Positions 1-7,868 of a stretch of 35,770 bases of DNA are shown piece by piece. The notes below the pieces were generated by a model. That model had not been told where the DNA came from, ran no database searches, and saw nothing but the letters and a program-made list of their open reading frames with translations. The position numbers and the translations under genes were made by a program. The number at the start of each line of letters is the position of its first letter. The stretch's first letter is position 1. Origin of the DNA: a virus; IMG/VR virus record IMGVR_UViG_3300029431_000015; one strand, 5' to 3'.

Positions 1-123
1 CGCAGAAAGGGCGGCGTTGATATCCTGCTGACTGCCGTTTCTCACATAGCTTTCAGCCACCGCAACAGCGTCCTCGATACAGTCGGGCTTGATACCAAGC
101 TGCATAGCGGCTATCTGAGTTTT
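1..123. repeat. Terminal direct repeat, left copy (identical to 35648..35770)
   Basis: The 123 nt at 1..123 read identically at 35648..35770. This implies a circular or terminally redundant unit of 35,647 bp. Confidence 0.95.
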
Positions 124-411
124 GAGCCTGAGTATCTCCTGGTCTTTTTCGTCAGGTGCGTTCTCAGCATTGTCCTGCTTGTCGGACTTATCCTCGTTTG
201 GCTGTTCCTGCTTATCTTCCGCAGGCTTGTCGGCACCCTCACCGTTCTCGTCAGCCTGACTATCGTCCACCGCAGGCTGTTCATTGTCGGCAGAGTTCTC
301 ATCTGCCTTGTCCGCAGGCTTTTCCTCAGCCTTTGGCTCGTCCTTTTTCTCCTCGTGAGTATCGGGAGTTTTCTTCTCCTCCTCATCAGGGAGTTTCTTT
401 TTCTCGTCCAT
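1..411 (-). CDS. Scaffolding protein, N-terminal part. The ORF exits the left edge and continues at 35489..35770 through the terminal repeat, about 189 aa in total.
   Basis: ATG at 411 is preceded by GAGGT. The translation MDEKKKLPDEEEKKTPDTHEEKKDEPKAEEKPADK... is acidic and Lys-rich. It reads in frame into MQLGIKPDCIEDAV..., the start of the 35489..35752 track ORF. It lies directly upstream of the capsid gene. It is missing from the ORF track because no stop falls inside the left edge. Confidence 0.75.
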   Translation of the reverse strand, partial: MDEKKKLPDEEEKKTPDTHEEKKDEPKAEEKPADKADENSADNEQPAVDDSQADENGEGADKPAEDKQEQPNEDKSDKQDNAENAPDEKDQEILRLKTQIAAMQLGIKPDCIEDAVAVAESYVRNGSQQDINAALSA

Positions 412-440
412 TTTCTGACCTCGCTTTCTTAAATTTGTGT

Positions 441-467
441 ATGAAAAAAGCACCCGTTAAGGTGCTT
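441..467 (-). terminator. Intrinsic terminator (second of a tandem pair)
   Basis: On the minus strand AAGCACC-UUAACG-GGUGCUU is followed by UUUUCAU. Confidence 0.6.
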
Positions 468-483
468 AGTTCCGATATTTGGG

Positions 484-516
484 TATAAAAATACCGCCTC
501 GCCGTAGCGGAGCGGT
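484..516 (-). terminator. Intrinsic terminator directly after the 79-aa ORF
   Basis: On the minus strand a GC-rich hairpin ACCGCUCCGC-UACG-GCGAGGCGGU (9 of 10 pairs) is followed by AUUUUUAUA. Confidence 0.6.
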
Positions 517-755
517 CAAGAAAAAATATTATCAAGATCTATTTCTGATTTAACGAACACAGCCCCAACGTCATAATCATCATATACATCAATGTCCTTA
601 CCGTCTTTTGTATATGTCTGAATCGTAGAGCCGTCAACATCAATTAACAGCTTATTTTTCTTTGCGTCAGGAAAACTACGCTCGATCAGTTTGCAAGCTT
701 TTTTAAACTCACTTTGACTATTATCCTTGAAAATCGTATAATCAAATTTTGTCAT
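516..755 (-). CDS. Hypothetical small acidic protein (79 aa); candidate immunity-like partner of the MuF C-terminal extension
   Basis: RBS AAGGAGGG lies 6 nt before the ATG. The ORF is AT-rich relative to its neighbours. It sits immediately downstream of the MuF gene and is followed by two terminators. Confidence 0.7.
   Translation of the reverse strand: MTKFDYTIFKDNSQSEFKKACKLIERSFPDAKKNKLLIDVDGSTIQTYTKDGKDIDVYDDYDVGAVFVKSEIDLDNIFS
714..742 (+). promoter_or_regulatory. Promoter-like TTGACT-17-TATAAT, antisense to the start of the 79-aa ORF
   Basis: TTGACT at 714..719, a 17-nt spacer, and TATAAT at 737..742. It has one mismatch to consensus, lies in AT-rich coding sequence, and has no clear downstream terminator. 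Confidence 0.3.
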
Positions 756-768
756 ATCAAGCCCTCCT

Positions 769-2310
769 TTATAAGCCGTAGTTCTTGTTTACTTCGTCAT
801 TTGTTTTTGACGCAGTTTCTAAAATATCTTTTAAAGCTTCGTCTTTTGTCATGTTCTTGCGCTTCATTTTATCCTTTAATAACTTTTCAAACGTTGGCGC
901 AGGACGTTTTTCATCAAGCATCATAGCCGTTTTCTTATCAGACATAGCAACGCGAGCTTCGTGTTTATAGTAATTTCTCAGTTCAAAAGCCTGCTTGACC
1001 TGTTCTTCAAAGGGTTTTGTTTTATCTATCTGATTAGGGATATCCGTTACATTTGCATAATACCATTCACGAACATGCTGACTGTCAGCTTGTGTTATCG
1101 GTTTTCCAAGATATTTTTTCAACGTATCTTTGTCTACCTCTATTATACCACTTTTCCCCGATTTGTCAACACCACCACCATAATACTTCTCCCTGCTATG
1201 ATCCCTATGCAGCACCTCATTATGCTCCTCAGCGAACACCTTTAATTCGTGCTGAGCCTGCCTGAGCTTTCGGCGGTATTCCTTGGCTGTATCAGGGTCG
1301 CAGGTGCCTGCCGCAAAGCGTTTGAGCTTGCGTATCTTCCGCTCCATTGCACGCTGTTTCTGTTCAAGCTGTCGCTGCTCTTTTATCTTCTCCGCCGGTA
1401 TCGGCTCAGGTATCTGCGTTCTGCCGTGTATATACTGCGTCATTGTGTGACGGCAGTTGGGGTGGAAAAGCCCGTTCTTTACGGCGTATGACAGCAGCCA
1501 AAACCACTCACCGCAGTAATTTGACTTGCCTTGAAACTCGTCCTTTTCCCCCTCCCATACTGTGAACACATCATCAATGTATACTTGACCTTGCCAAGGC
1601 TCACAGGTCTTTGAACAGCCGCCATACTGCGACACAAGCACCGTATCATACCCAAGCTCTGCAAAGCGTTTCGCCGCACCCTGCAATGCCGCCCTTGTGG
1701 AAGTTGTCCGCAGAGCCATTCGCACATAGTCGGCAATGTTCACTCGCTTGCCGTCAGCGTATACGATACAGTTTATGCCCTTGTCGAGGAAGTCCCTTGT
1801 GGCAAGGTCGATAGCCTCGTTAAGCGTCATAGAGCCTGTTCCCATTGCAAGCTGTACCCTATTCAAAGTCTGCCTGTAAATATCGTCTGTCATTCGCAGA
1901 GCGGCTGTTTCAGCGGTCTTTTCAAGGGTGGTGACGTCTTCCATAAGCTTTGCCATTTTCTTTTCGTTCACGCCAAAGAAATGCTTGTCGGGGATAGGTG
2001 TTATAGGCTCGTCAGAAAGCTCCTGGGCACTCCTTTGTGCCTGCTGCTGACCCTCTTGAAACTGCTCCGTCATAAGCTGTCTTGTCTGATCGTCGATAAC
2101 GTCAACGTACTCGTTCATAATGTCGAGGTTTTCACGGCGGAAGTTCTCCATATTTTTCAGTTTCTCAGCCTGCCAAGCAGACCATTCAAAGCCGTAACGC
2201 TGTTCCTCCGCCTTGTGCCTTTTGAGATTGCGTTTCAGTGAAGATATGAGCCTTAGCTCTATCTCCTCAAATATTTTTGCGATGTCCTTAAAATTAAGCG
2301 TACTCATCAC
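769..2310 (-). CDS. Minor head (head morphogenesis) protein, Phage_Mu_F / SPP1 gp7 family, with a C-terminal extension of about 130 aa
   Basis: The HPNCRHT motif and the NCIVYADGKRV...YGGCSKTCEPWQG region are typical of MuF-like proteins. It follows the portal gene with an overlap. The start is GTG at 2310 or ATG at 2307. Confidence 0.85.
   Translation of the reverse strand: MMSTLNFKDIAKIFEEIELRLISSLKRNLKRHKAEEQRYGFEWSAWQAEKLKNMENFRRENLDIMNEYVDVIDDQTRQLMTEQFQEGQQQAQRSAQELSDEPITPIPDKHFFGVNEKKMAKLMEDVTTLEKTAETAALRMTDDIYRQTLNRVQLAMGTGSMTLNEAIDLATRDFLDKGINCIVYADGKRVNIADYVRMALRTTSTRAALQGAAKRFAELGYDTVLVSQYGGCSKTCEPWQGQVYIDDVFTVWEGEKDEFQGKSNYCGEWFWLLSYAVKNGLFHPNCRHTMTQYIHGRTQIPEPIPAEKIKEQRQLEQKQRAMERKIRKLKRFAAGTCDPDTAKEYRRKLRQAQHELKVFAEEHNEVLHRDHSREKYYGGGVDKSGKSGIIEVDKDTLKKYLGKPITQADSQHVREWYYANVTDIPNQIDKTKPFEEQVKQAFELRNYYKHEARVAMSDKKTAMMLDEKRPAPTFEKLLKDKMKRKNMTKDEALKDILETASKTNDEVNKNYGL
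1142..1169 (-). promoter_or_regulatory. Exact consensus promoter TTGACA-16-TATAAT inside the MuF ORF
   Basis: On the minus strand TTGACA lies at 1169..1164 and TATAAT at 1147..1142. This is around codon 380, at the boundary between the MuF core and the C-terminal extension. Confidence 0.4.
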
Positions 2311-3772
2311 CTACCGCAGTAGGCTCACCCTCTGTAAGCCCCTTTTCCTGCATTATCCGCTTGACCTCTGCGGCTTTCCAATCGTCCTCTTTAGAACTGC
2401 CCCACAGCTCCTCCACCTGCGTTTCAACTGACATAATACCATACGTGCTTGCCTTGCCCACAGTCTCAACTCTGCTGTCAAAGTCAGGCGCACCGTACTC
2501 GCCGAAGTCAACTGTCACCTCATAAGTCTCAGGGGCTTTGCCCTGCATATTGTCATAGGTCATAAGCACTGCAGAAACAAGCTGCGGCAGAGCCTTTTCA
2601 AGAGCCGTTGTGATAGTGTTTCGGGTGTTGCCTGTGACGTCTTTCTTCTCTCGTTGAGCGTCCGCACTTGACATCTTGCCCACATCTATGCCAAGCGTGG
2701 CAGGAGATACAAGCCCTTGCAGACACATAAGCAGGCAATTCGTATAGCTTGCCACAAACGCTTCATACTTGATATCAGGCTGAACTACTTCTATCTTAGG
2801 TGCCGCACCCTCTGCCGAAAGCGGTGGGTCAATGCTTATGTAACTGTTGCCGAACTGGTTAGGCGCTTTAAGCTTACCGCTTGCAGGGTCTCTAGGTATC
2901 ATGCTTTCGGGAATATACTGCTTTACCCTGCCTGCTCTGATAGCGTCCCACCATTGTGAGATGACCTCGTCCAAAGCGTCAAAGCAATCAGACTTACCGC
3001 CGTCAAAAATGCTCTTGCCCCTGTTCGGATACTTTCGTGATGAAAAGAATTTCAGCGGCACAGCCATTATATACTCGCCCTCAAACTCAGTTCGGGGCGG
3101 TATCTGTGCAAGGCAAGGCACGTTGTCCAAACCGACCTCGTGACCGTTATCGTCATACAGACGGCTTTCTATGTATCCCTTGCCGTAATGCTCTTCAAGG
3201 TGAAATCTCTTTGAGCCTGCATAATGCACAGAATGAAAAACGACCTCGTTCAGCAGACCTCGTACAAAGTTATACTCCACTTTGTCAGCACCGATAAACT
3301 CGACTATTGGCGTATCAGAAAGCTCAGTATCCACCGATATCTTGAAAGCTCCGTCGCCGTCAACAAGTGCGGTAACTATCGCCTTGCCTGTCAGCTCTGT
3401 GAAGTCTATATGCTCGCAGATATTCTCAAAGTCAGCCTTTGCTTTGTCCCCTGTGACCTTGATATCGTCCATATCAGAATAGACAATGTATGAAAGCGTA
3501 TCGGCGATTATTGCAGGCAGACCGCTATGTATCTTGCGTATCTTTTCATTCTCAGGGACGCTGCTCCAGAATGAATTTGTGCCTAAGTTAAGCTGACGAA
3601 AGAACTGTGAAAGTTCTGCGGCGTCACCACGATACCAAAGCTGCGACCTTATCACATCTGTCATAAAACCTGTTTTCTCTGTTATAGTTATGCTGTATTC
3701 GGGTGCAGGCTGGATATCAAGCCAGTTTCTTATCATATTTTTCACCTTGCTTCCTATGCTGAATTTAGTCAA
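2294..3772 (-). CDS. Portal protein
   Basis: A 492-aa ORF between terL and the MuF gene, overlapping both. Size, position and sequence character resemble SPP1 gp6-type portals. Confidence 0.85.
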   Translation of the reverse strand: MTKFSIGSKVKNMIRNWLDIQPAPEYSITITEKTGFMTDVIRSQLWYRGDAAELSQFFRQLNLGTNSFWSSVPENEKIRKIHSGLPAIIADTLSYIVYSDMDDIKVTGDKAKADFENICEHIDFTELTGKAIVTALVDGDGAFKISVDTELSDTPIVEFIGADKVEYNFVRGLLNEVVFHSVHYAGSKRFHLEEHYGKGYIESRLYDDNGHEVGLDNVPCLAQIPPRTEFEGEYIMAVPLKFFSSRKYPNRGKSIFDGGKSDCFDALDEVISQWWDAIRAGRVKQYIPESMIPRDPASGKLKAPNQFGNSYISIDPPLSAEGAAPKIEVVQPDIKYEAFVASYTNCLLMCLQGLVSPATLGIDVGKMSSADAQREKKDVTGNTRNTITTALEKALPQLVSAVLMTYDNMQGKAPETYEVTVDFGEYGAPDFDSRVETVGKASTYGIMSVETQVEELWGSSKEDDWKAAEVKRIMQEKGLTEGEPTAVGDEYA

Positions 3773-5102
3773 TCTTCACACTTCCTATCTTGTCACGATA
3801 CGGCAGCCAAGCATACTGACAGGAATTGATAAGGTGGTCATTGCCGTCCTCAGGCTCAGCCTTATCCTCCTTCCAACTGTATATGTTAAGCTCGTCTGCG
3901 TACTCCTTGCAATGCTCAAGGATATAAAAATCACCTGCCGCCAGCCAAGCTGACTGCAAGTGTATTCGGTCGATTATTTTCGTTTTCTTGAATGCCGGGA
4001 TAAAGTTATATATGCTGCCTGTGAGCCGTCCAAACTTCTGACATTCAAGTATGGTCGCCTGATCTGCGCTGTCGATATACACATCTCGTGCAAAGCCCCA
4101 CGTTCTGCGGTTTTTCTCCAAGAACGCCGTGAATATTTTCGGTATGTCGGAGGGCGTGAGAGGCACTTGTCTGTCACGATTGTTATACACTTCCTCGTCA
4201 AGAGTGATGCACTTTCTGTCAGCCGTTATGCCCACAAAGGTGAACGCTATGGTATCAGGTGAGGATTGCGAGTAAGCGGTGTCAAGCCCGGCTGAGAAGT
4301 ACACATAATTGAAAGCTTTCGCCTGCTCCGCTGTCAAGATATTTCGCTTTTGCAGGTCAAACACAAGCCCTGTTGCACGTCCTCTCAGACCGAGTATCTT
4401 GTTCTTATACAGCTTTGTGCCTTTCGGAGCGGCAGCCATTTTCCGTTTGATATCCTCATCAGTAAGTGAAAGATTATCACGAAAAGTAAAGAACCAGTAC
4501 CGCCAATTGGGTACAGGTTCTTCTGTAAGCTCTTTCATTATCTCCGCAGGCACGTCACAGGCGTATTTTTGATACGGACGTGAGCGGTTTACAAACTCTT
4601 TATACACAGGAAGAGAGGGGTCGTCAGGGTTGAGGGTCGCCATAAGGTAATCGTTACGGGTTGACATCTCACGGACAAACTCGATATCAGCGGTATTTAT
4701 CTCGTCGATATAAACGCAGCCGAACTGAGCGCCCAGCACCATTTCCCACTTATCCTTGTTGTCATATCCCAGAACATAGATTATCTTGCCCTCAAACTTG
4801 ATATGCGGCAGTTTGTAGTCCTTATCGCCGTTGCCGAAGTACCGAGCATTGGTGTGCAGGTCAAGAATGCCGTTATCCTGCTGAATGATAGTTTCCTCAG
4901 CCTTTCCCGTAGTCTTAGCGGCAATGACGTGAAGCTTTTTCCTGCTTGCCGACACCATACGCATGAACTTTATGCCTGCGCCCACAGTTGTTTTGCCGCT
5001 TGCGGTAGTCCCCTCAAGAAAATCCGCAGACACACCCCGAACGCTGTTGATGAAGTCCATATACTTCTGCGACAGGGGAAACTTACTCGTCAAGCCCCTC
5101 AC
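3765..5102 (-). CDS. terL: Terminase large subunit
   Basis: 445 aa with an N-terminal Walker A-like GTTASGKT. It overlaps terS by 20 nt. Its character is PBSX/Terminase_3-like. Confidence 0.9.
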   Translation of the reverse strand: MRGLTSKFPLSQKYMDFINSVRGVSADFLEGTTASGKTTVGAGIKFMRMVSASRKKLHVIAAKTTGKAEETIIQQDNGILDLHTNARYFGNGDKDYKLPHIKFEGKIIYVLGYDNKDKWEMVLGAQFGCVYIDEINTADIEFVREMSTRNDYLMATLNPDDPSLPVYKEFVNRSRPYQKYACDVPAEIMKELTEEPVPNWRYWFFTFRDNLSLTDEDIKRKMAAAPKGTKLYKNKILGLRGRATGLVFDLQKRNILTAEQAKAFNYVYFSAGLDTAYSQSSPDTIAFTFVGITADRKCITLDEEVYNNRDRQVPLTPSDIPKIFTAFLEKNRRTWGFARDVYIDSADQATILECQKFGRLTGSIYNFIPAFKKTKIIDRIHLQSAWLAAGDFYILEHCKEYADELNIYSWKEDKAEPEDGNDHLINSCQYAWLPYRDKIGSVKID

Positions 5103-5466
5103 CGCCTATCTGAGCGAAAACGTCTGAAAGCTTTTCAGAGGTTTTGACCTCCGCCTGTATCTTAGCCACATACTCTCCTGTCATTTTATTGAGGGTATCG
5201 ACGGCTCTGATACGGTCAGCAGGGTCATTCTTGCCGTCCTTAGCGATATCTGACAAGAGTGCCTGCCGCTCCTTAGCGGTCATTATACGCTCATCCTGAG
5301 CTTTCTCGGACAGCACACGGATATACTCCGCAACACTAGGATTATCTAGGATTTTGCAGGCGTCAGCTTTCGCATACTTCTCGCTGTATCCTGCCTTTAT
5401 AGCACTCTGAACGGTGTTGCCGCTCTGAGCATAGTATTCTGCAAATTTCTTTTGCCGTGCTGTCAT
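5083..5466 (-). CDS. terS: Terminase small subunit
   Basis: 127 aa. The N-terminus MTARQKKFAEYYAQSGNTVQSAIKAGYS is typical of Terminase_2 small subunits. Confidence 0.85.
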   Translation of the reverse strand: MTARQKKFAEYYAQSGNTVQSAIKAGYSEKYAKADACKILDNPSVAEYIRVLSEKAQDERIMTAKERQALLSDIAKDGKNDPADRIRAVDTLNKMTGEYVAKIQAEVKTSEKLSDVFAQIGGEGLDE

Positions 5467-5489
5467 GAGGGCACCGTCCTTTCTTTAGG

Positions 5490-5524
5490 GGATAATAAAA
5501 GAGAGCACAAATCTGTACTCTCTT
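5490..5524 (-). terminator. Intrinsic terminator after the AT-rich moron
   Basis: On the minus strand AAGAGAGUAC-AGAUUU-GUGCUCUCUU is followed by UUAUUAU. Confidence 0.55.
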
Positions 5525-5544
5525 ATTGAAAACATTCTCTTTAG

Positions 5545-5829
5545 TTACTCAATTTCTTGAATGTATAATTCTAGCATACATGGAATACAAGGTTGAAATA
5601 CTCTTTTGGTTACCCTATAAGTTTTTCCGTTCATCATTGAGATATGGGTTGCAGAATTATACATATTAATTTTGCAATCATCCTCTCCGAATATTAAATC
5701 TTCAAAAAATCCATAATCCAAAGATGTACAGTCTTCATCTCCGGCACGGTATGAATAATCTTTAAGTTTAAGTTCATTGCCATTAACATCATAAGGATGC
5801 ATGAATATTCGAATTGACTTATTTTCCAT
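5545..5829 (-). CDS. Hypothetical protein (94 aa), AT-rich moron
   Basis: ATG at 5829 (MENKSIRIF...) is preceded by GGGGGTGA. The upstream part of the track ORF lacks an RBS. The gene has its own promoter-like and terminator-like signals. Confidence 0.65.
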   Translation of the reverse strand: MENKSIRIFMHPYDVNGNELKLKDYSYRAGDEDCTSLDYGFFEDLIFGEDDCKINMYNSATHISMMNGKTYRVTKRVFQPCIPCMLELYIQEIE

Positions 5830-5850
5830 TTTATCACCCCCGTTGCGTAC

Positions 5851-5879
5851 ATAATACCACAAAAAATTAATCAAATCAA
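5851..5879 (-). promoter_or_regulatory. Promoter-like TTGATT-17-TATTAT upstream of the moron
   Basis: On the minus strand TTGATT lies at 5879..5874 and TATTAT at 5856..5851. A second extended -10, TGATATAAT, lies at 5942..5934. Confidence 0.45.
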
Positions 5880-6195
5880 GTTTTTAATTCTAAGTTCTCT
5901 ACATTGCATAAAACACAATTGTATTTTTTATGCATTATATCAAAAATTCGACATTTATGAACCTTTTGCGACACAACGCAAAAGCGACCGCAAAATGCAG
6001 CCGCCCTTGTGAAAATATTATAAGGAGTTTTGTAAATGGTGGAGCAGATGTTGAGCTGGCACGCTCTCGACCTGCATAGCCCCTTACGGGGCTTAGAAAA
6101 TTGGAGGTGACTTCATGAAAGTACAAGTCTGAGGTACATCTACACTTTCCTCAGTTTAAATTATAACATAGGTAAAACGAACAGAGCGAACAAGT

Positions 6196-6576
6196 TTAAG
6201 CATTTTGCAAAAATCTTTTGACTGCCATTCTACAGCCGTCCGCTGTACCTCCGACCTTGTGTCCTATCTGTATCCAAGTCAATCCTTTTACAAACCTGAG
6301 TACAAATATCTTCCTCATCTGTCTATCCTCTATCCCCTTGATAAACTCCTCCACAGCCCTCTGTTCACGCTCCAAACGTGCCTGCTCACACAGCAGCGAA
6401 AGTGTATCGCCGCTTGGCAGAAAGCCGTCTATGCGTGTGCTGTGGGGCGTGTAGGACGGTGGCGTGCATACGCTGATACTGTCGGCAACGTACTTGCCTG
6501 AAAGCTCTGCCTTAATGTCCTCAATGGCTGAGGCGTTCCTGCGGTAGGCTTTCAGGCGTATGTCCTGATATCTCAT
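6196..6576 (-). CDS. Putative late-gene transcriptional activator (sigma-70 region 4-like HTH; ArpU/RinA/DUF1492-like)
   Basis: The C-terminal region MRKIFVLRFVKGLTWIQIGHKVGGTADGCRMAVKRFLQNA resembles region-4 HTH late activators. It is the last gene before the packaging module. Confidence 0.55.
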   Translation of the reverse strand: MRYQDIRLKAYRRNASAIEDIKAELSGKYVADSISVCTPPSYTPHSTRIDGFLPSGDTLSLLCEQARLEREQRAVEEFIKGIEDRQMRKIFVLRFVKGLTWIQIGHKVGGTADGCRMAVKRFLQNA

Positions 6577-6757
6577 GTTTTGCGTGTTCTATTACTGTAC
6601 CATTCAAGCTATGATAAGACTTTCCGTCAGTCGGTATAAATCTTATCAGATCTCCCGTCTGAAAACCCCTGTCATTCTTTCTGACCTCGAAGGTTTTCTC
6701 ACCGCTCAGAACGGCGTCACAGAATTCTATGCTAAGTTTCAGATTATGTGTTTTCAT
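6521..6757 (-). CDS. DUF3850 / ASCH-like PUA-fold protein
   Basis: MKTHNLKLSIEFCDAVLSGEKTFEVRKNDRGFQTGD matches the hallmark N-terminus of DUF3850. Its 3' end overlaps the next gene by 56 nt. Confidence 0.6.
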   Translation of the reverse strand: MKTHNLKLSIEFCDAVLSGEKTFEVRKNDRGFQTGDLIRFIPTDGKSYHSLNGTVIEHAKHEISGHTPESLPQERLSH

Positions 6758-7866
6758 TTTTTTGCCTCCTCGATATCCAACAAGCTAAGCTGGTTATTTT
6801 TCATATCAAATACTCTGTCACGCCATTCAACGCCGATATAGTCAAGAACTCTTCCCCAGCCGTACTTTGTGCCGTCAGCATCTTCACAACACTTGTTCAT
6901 CCAGAAATCCCACTCTTTTTCATTTCTTTCACGAAGCCTGTCAAATCGGTGAGGACGCTGTTCCATATGTATGCCGAAACCGCACATTGAGCAGCCTGTA
7001 CGCTGAGCCTTTGTTGTGCAAAGCTTTCCGTCAAAGTCACGTTTTATCTCGCCATAGATTGTAGGCACAGGCACATTCAGGTCAAGTGCAAGTTGTAGCA
7101 AGTCCTGCCTTGTAAATATAGCAAATGGTGCTGAACGTATCGTGCTTTTGCCAAAGTAATTGCAGCCGTTAAGCATTAGCGATTTTTCACGTCTGCCACC
7201 CTCACTTGCCATAAGTCCTAAGAACGGCACGCTCTTGTGTTGCTTTGCCCAATCATCACACGGCTTTTCTTTCATCCAGAAACAGCATTGTGATGATACC
7301 TTAAACGGCGGTATCTTGTAGTCAACGCCCTCGTTTTCATTTTCGTAACCGCCAAACAGTTCAAGCCAGCGCTGAGAAAGCTGCATTCTTGTATGCTTGC
7401 GAAAACCGCCATACTCTCCCGTTTCACCCGTTATGATAGCGTGACGAACTGTCTTGTTCTTGTCCGTAGGGTGTGCAAGCAGTTCTATTTTTGCGGCTGT
7501 TTCTTTTGATAGTACAGGAAAACCATATTCCCGTATGATATCTATTTTTGACTTGTATGGGCTTAACTTTATCACACCAAGTTGCTCGTGTATCTGCTGA
7601 ATAGATTTGTCTTCAAGACTAGATACCGATACACCTGGAACATAACTGAAACCACAGTAATCATGTATAAATTTTAAAAGCGTTATGCTGTCAAGTCCGC
7701 CTACCGATATGTGCGTATTCAGATTTCTTTTGTCACACTCACGAATGAACTCCCTTACTCTGACCTCAGCGTATTTGACCTTGAACTCATACGGCATTTT
7801 CTGCTTAGTTTGGAAAGCCGCTATCTTCTGTTCATTGTCTTTGGTACGCTCCTCATAGCTTTTCAC
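6754..7866 (-). CDS. PAPS reductase-like PP-loop protein (DUF3440/IbrA-like)
   Basis: It has the PP-loop-like motif SVGGLDS and a C-terminal Cys motif, CSMCGFG. At 370 aa its size is typical of phage PAPS-reductase family proteins. Confidence 0.65.
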   Translation of the reverse strand: MKSYEERTKDNEQKIAAFQTKQKMPYEFKVKYAEVRVREFIRECDKRNLNTHISVGGLDSITLLKFIHDYCGFSYVPGVSVSSLEDKSIQQIHEQLGVIKLSPYKSKIDIIREYGFPVLSKETAAKIELLAHPTDKNKTVRHAIITGETGEYGGFRKHTRMQLSQRWLELFGGYENENEGVDYKIPPFKVSSQCCFWMKEKPCDDWAKQHKSVPFLGLMASEGGRREKSLMLNGCNYFGKSTIRSAPFAIFTRQDLLQLALDLNVPVPTIYGEIKRDFDGKLCTTKAQRTGCSMCGFGIHMEQRPHRFDRLRERNEKEWDFWMNKCCEDADGTKYGWGRVLDYIGVEWRDRVFDMKNNQLSLLDIEEAKK

Positions 7867-7868
7867 TT

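Noticed and set aside
111-386. A 91-aa Arg-rich ORF on the minus strand
   Set aside because: It is in a different frame from the well-formed scaffold reading frame that starts at 411. Its composition (Arg/Thr/Leu-rich) is typical of an off-frame shadow, and it has no RBS.
5935-6126. A 63-aa ORF in the late-activator/terS gap
   Set aside because: It has no Shine-Dalgarno sequence. It lies across a series of GC-rich hairpins and its sequence looks non-protein-like. I treated the region as structured non-coding.
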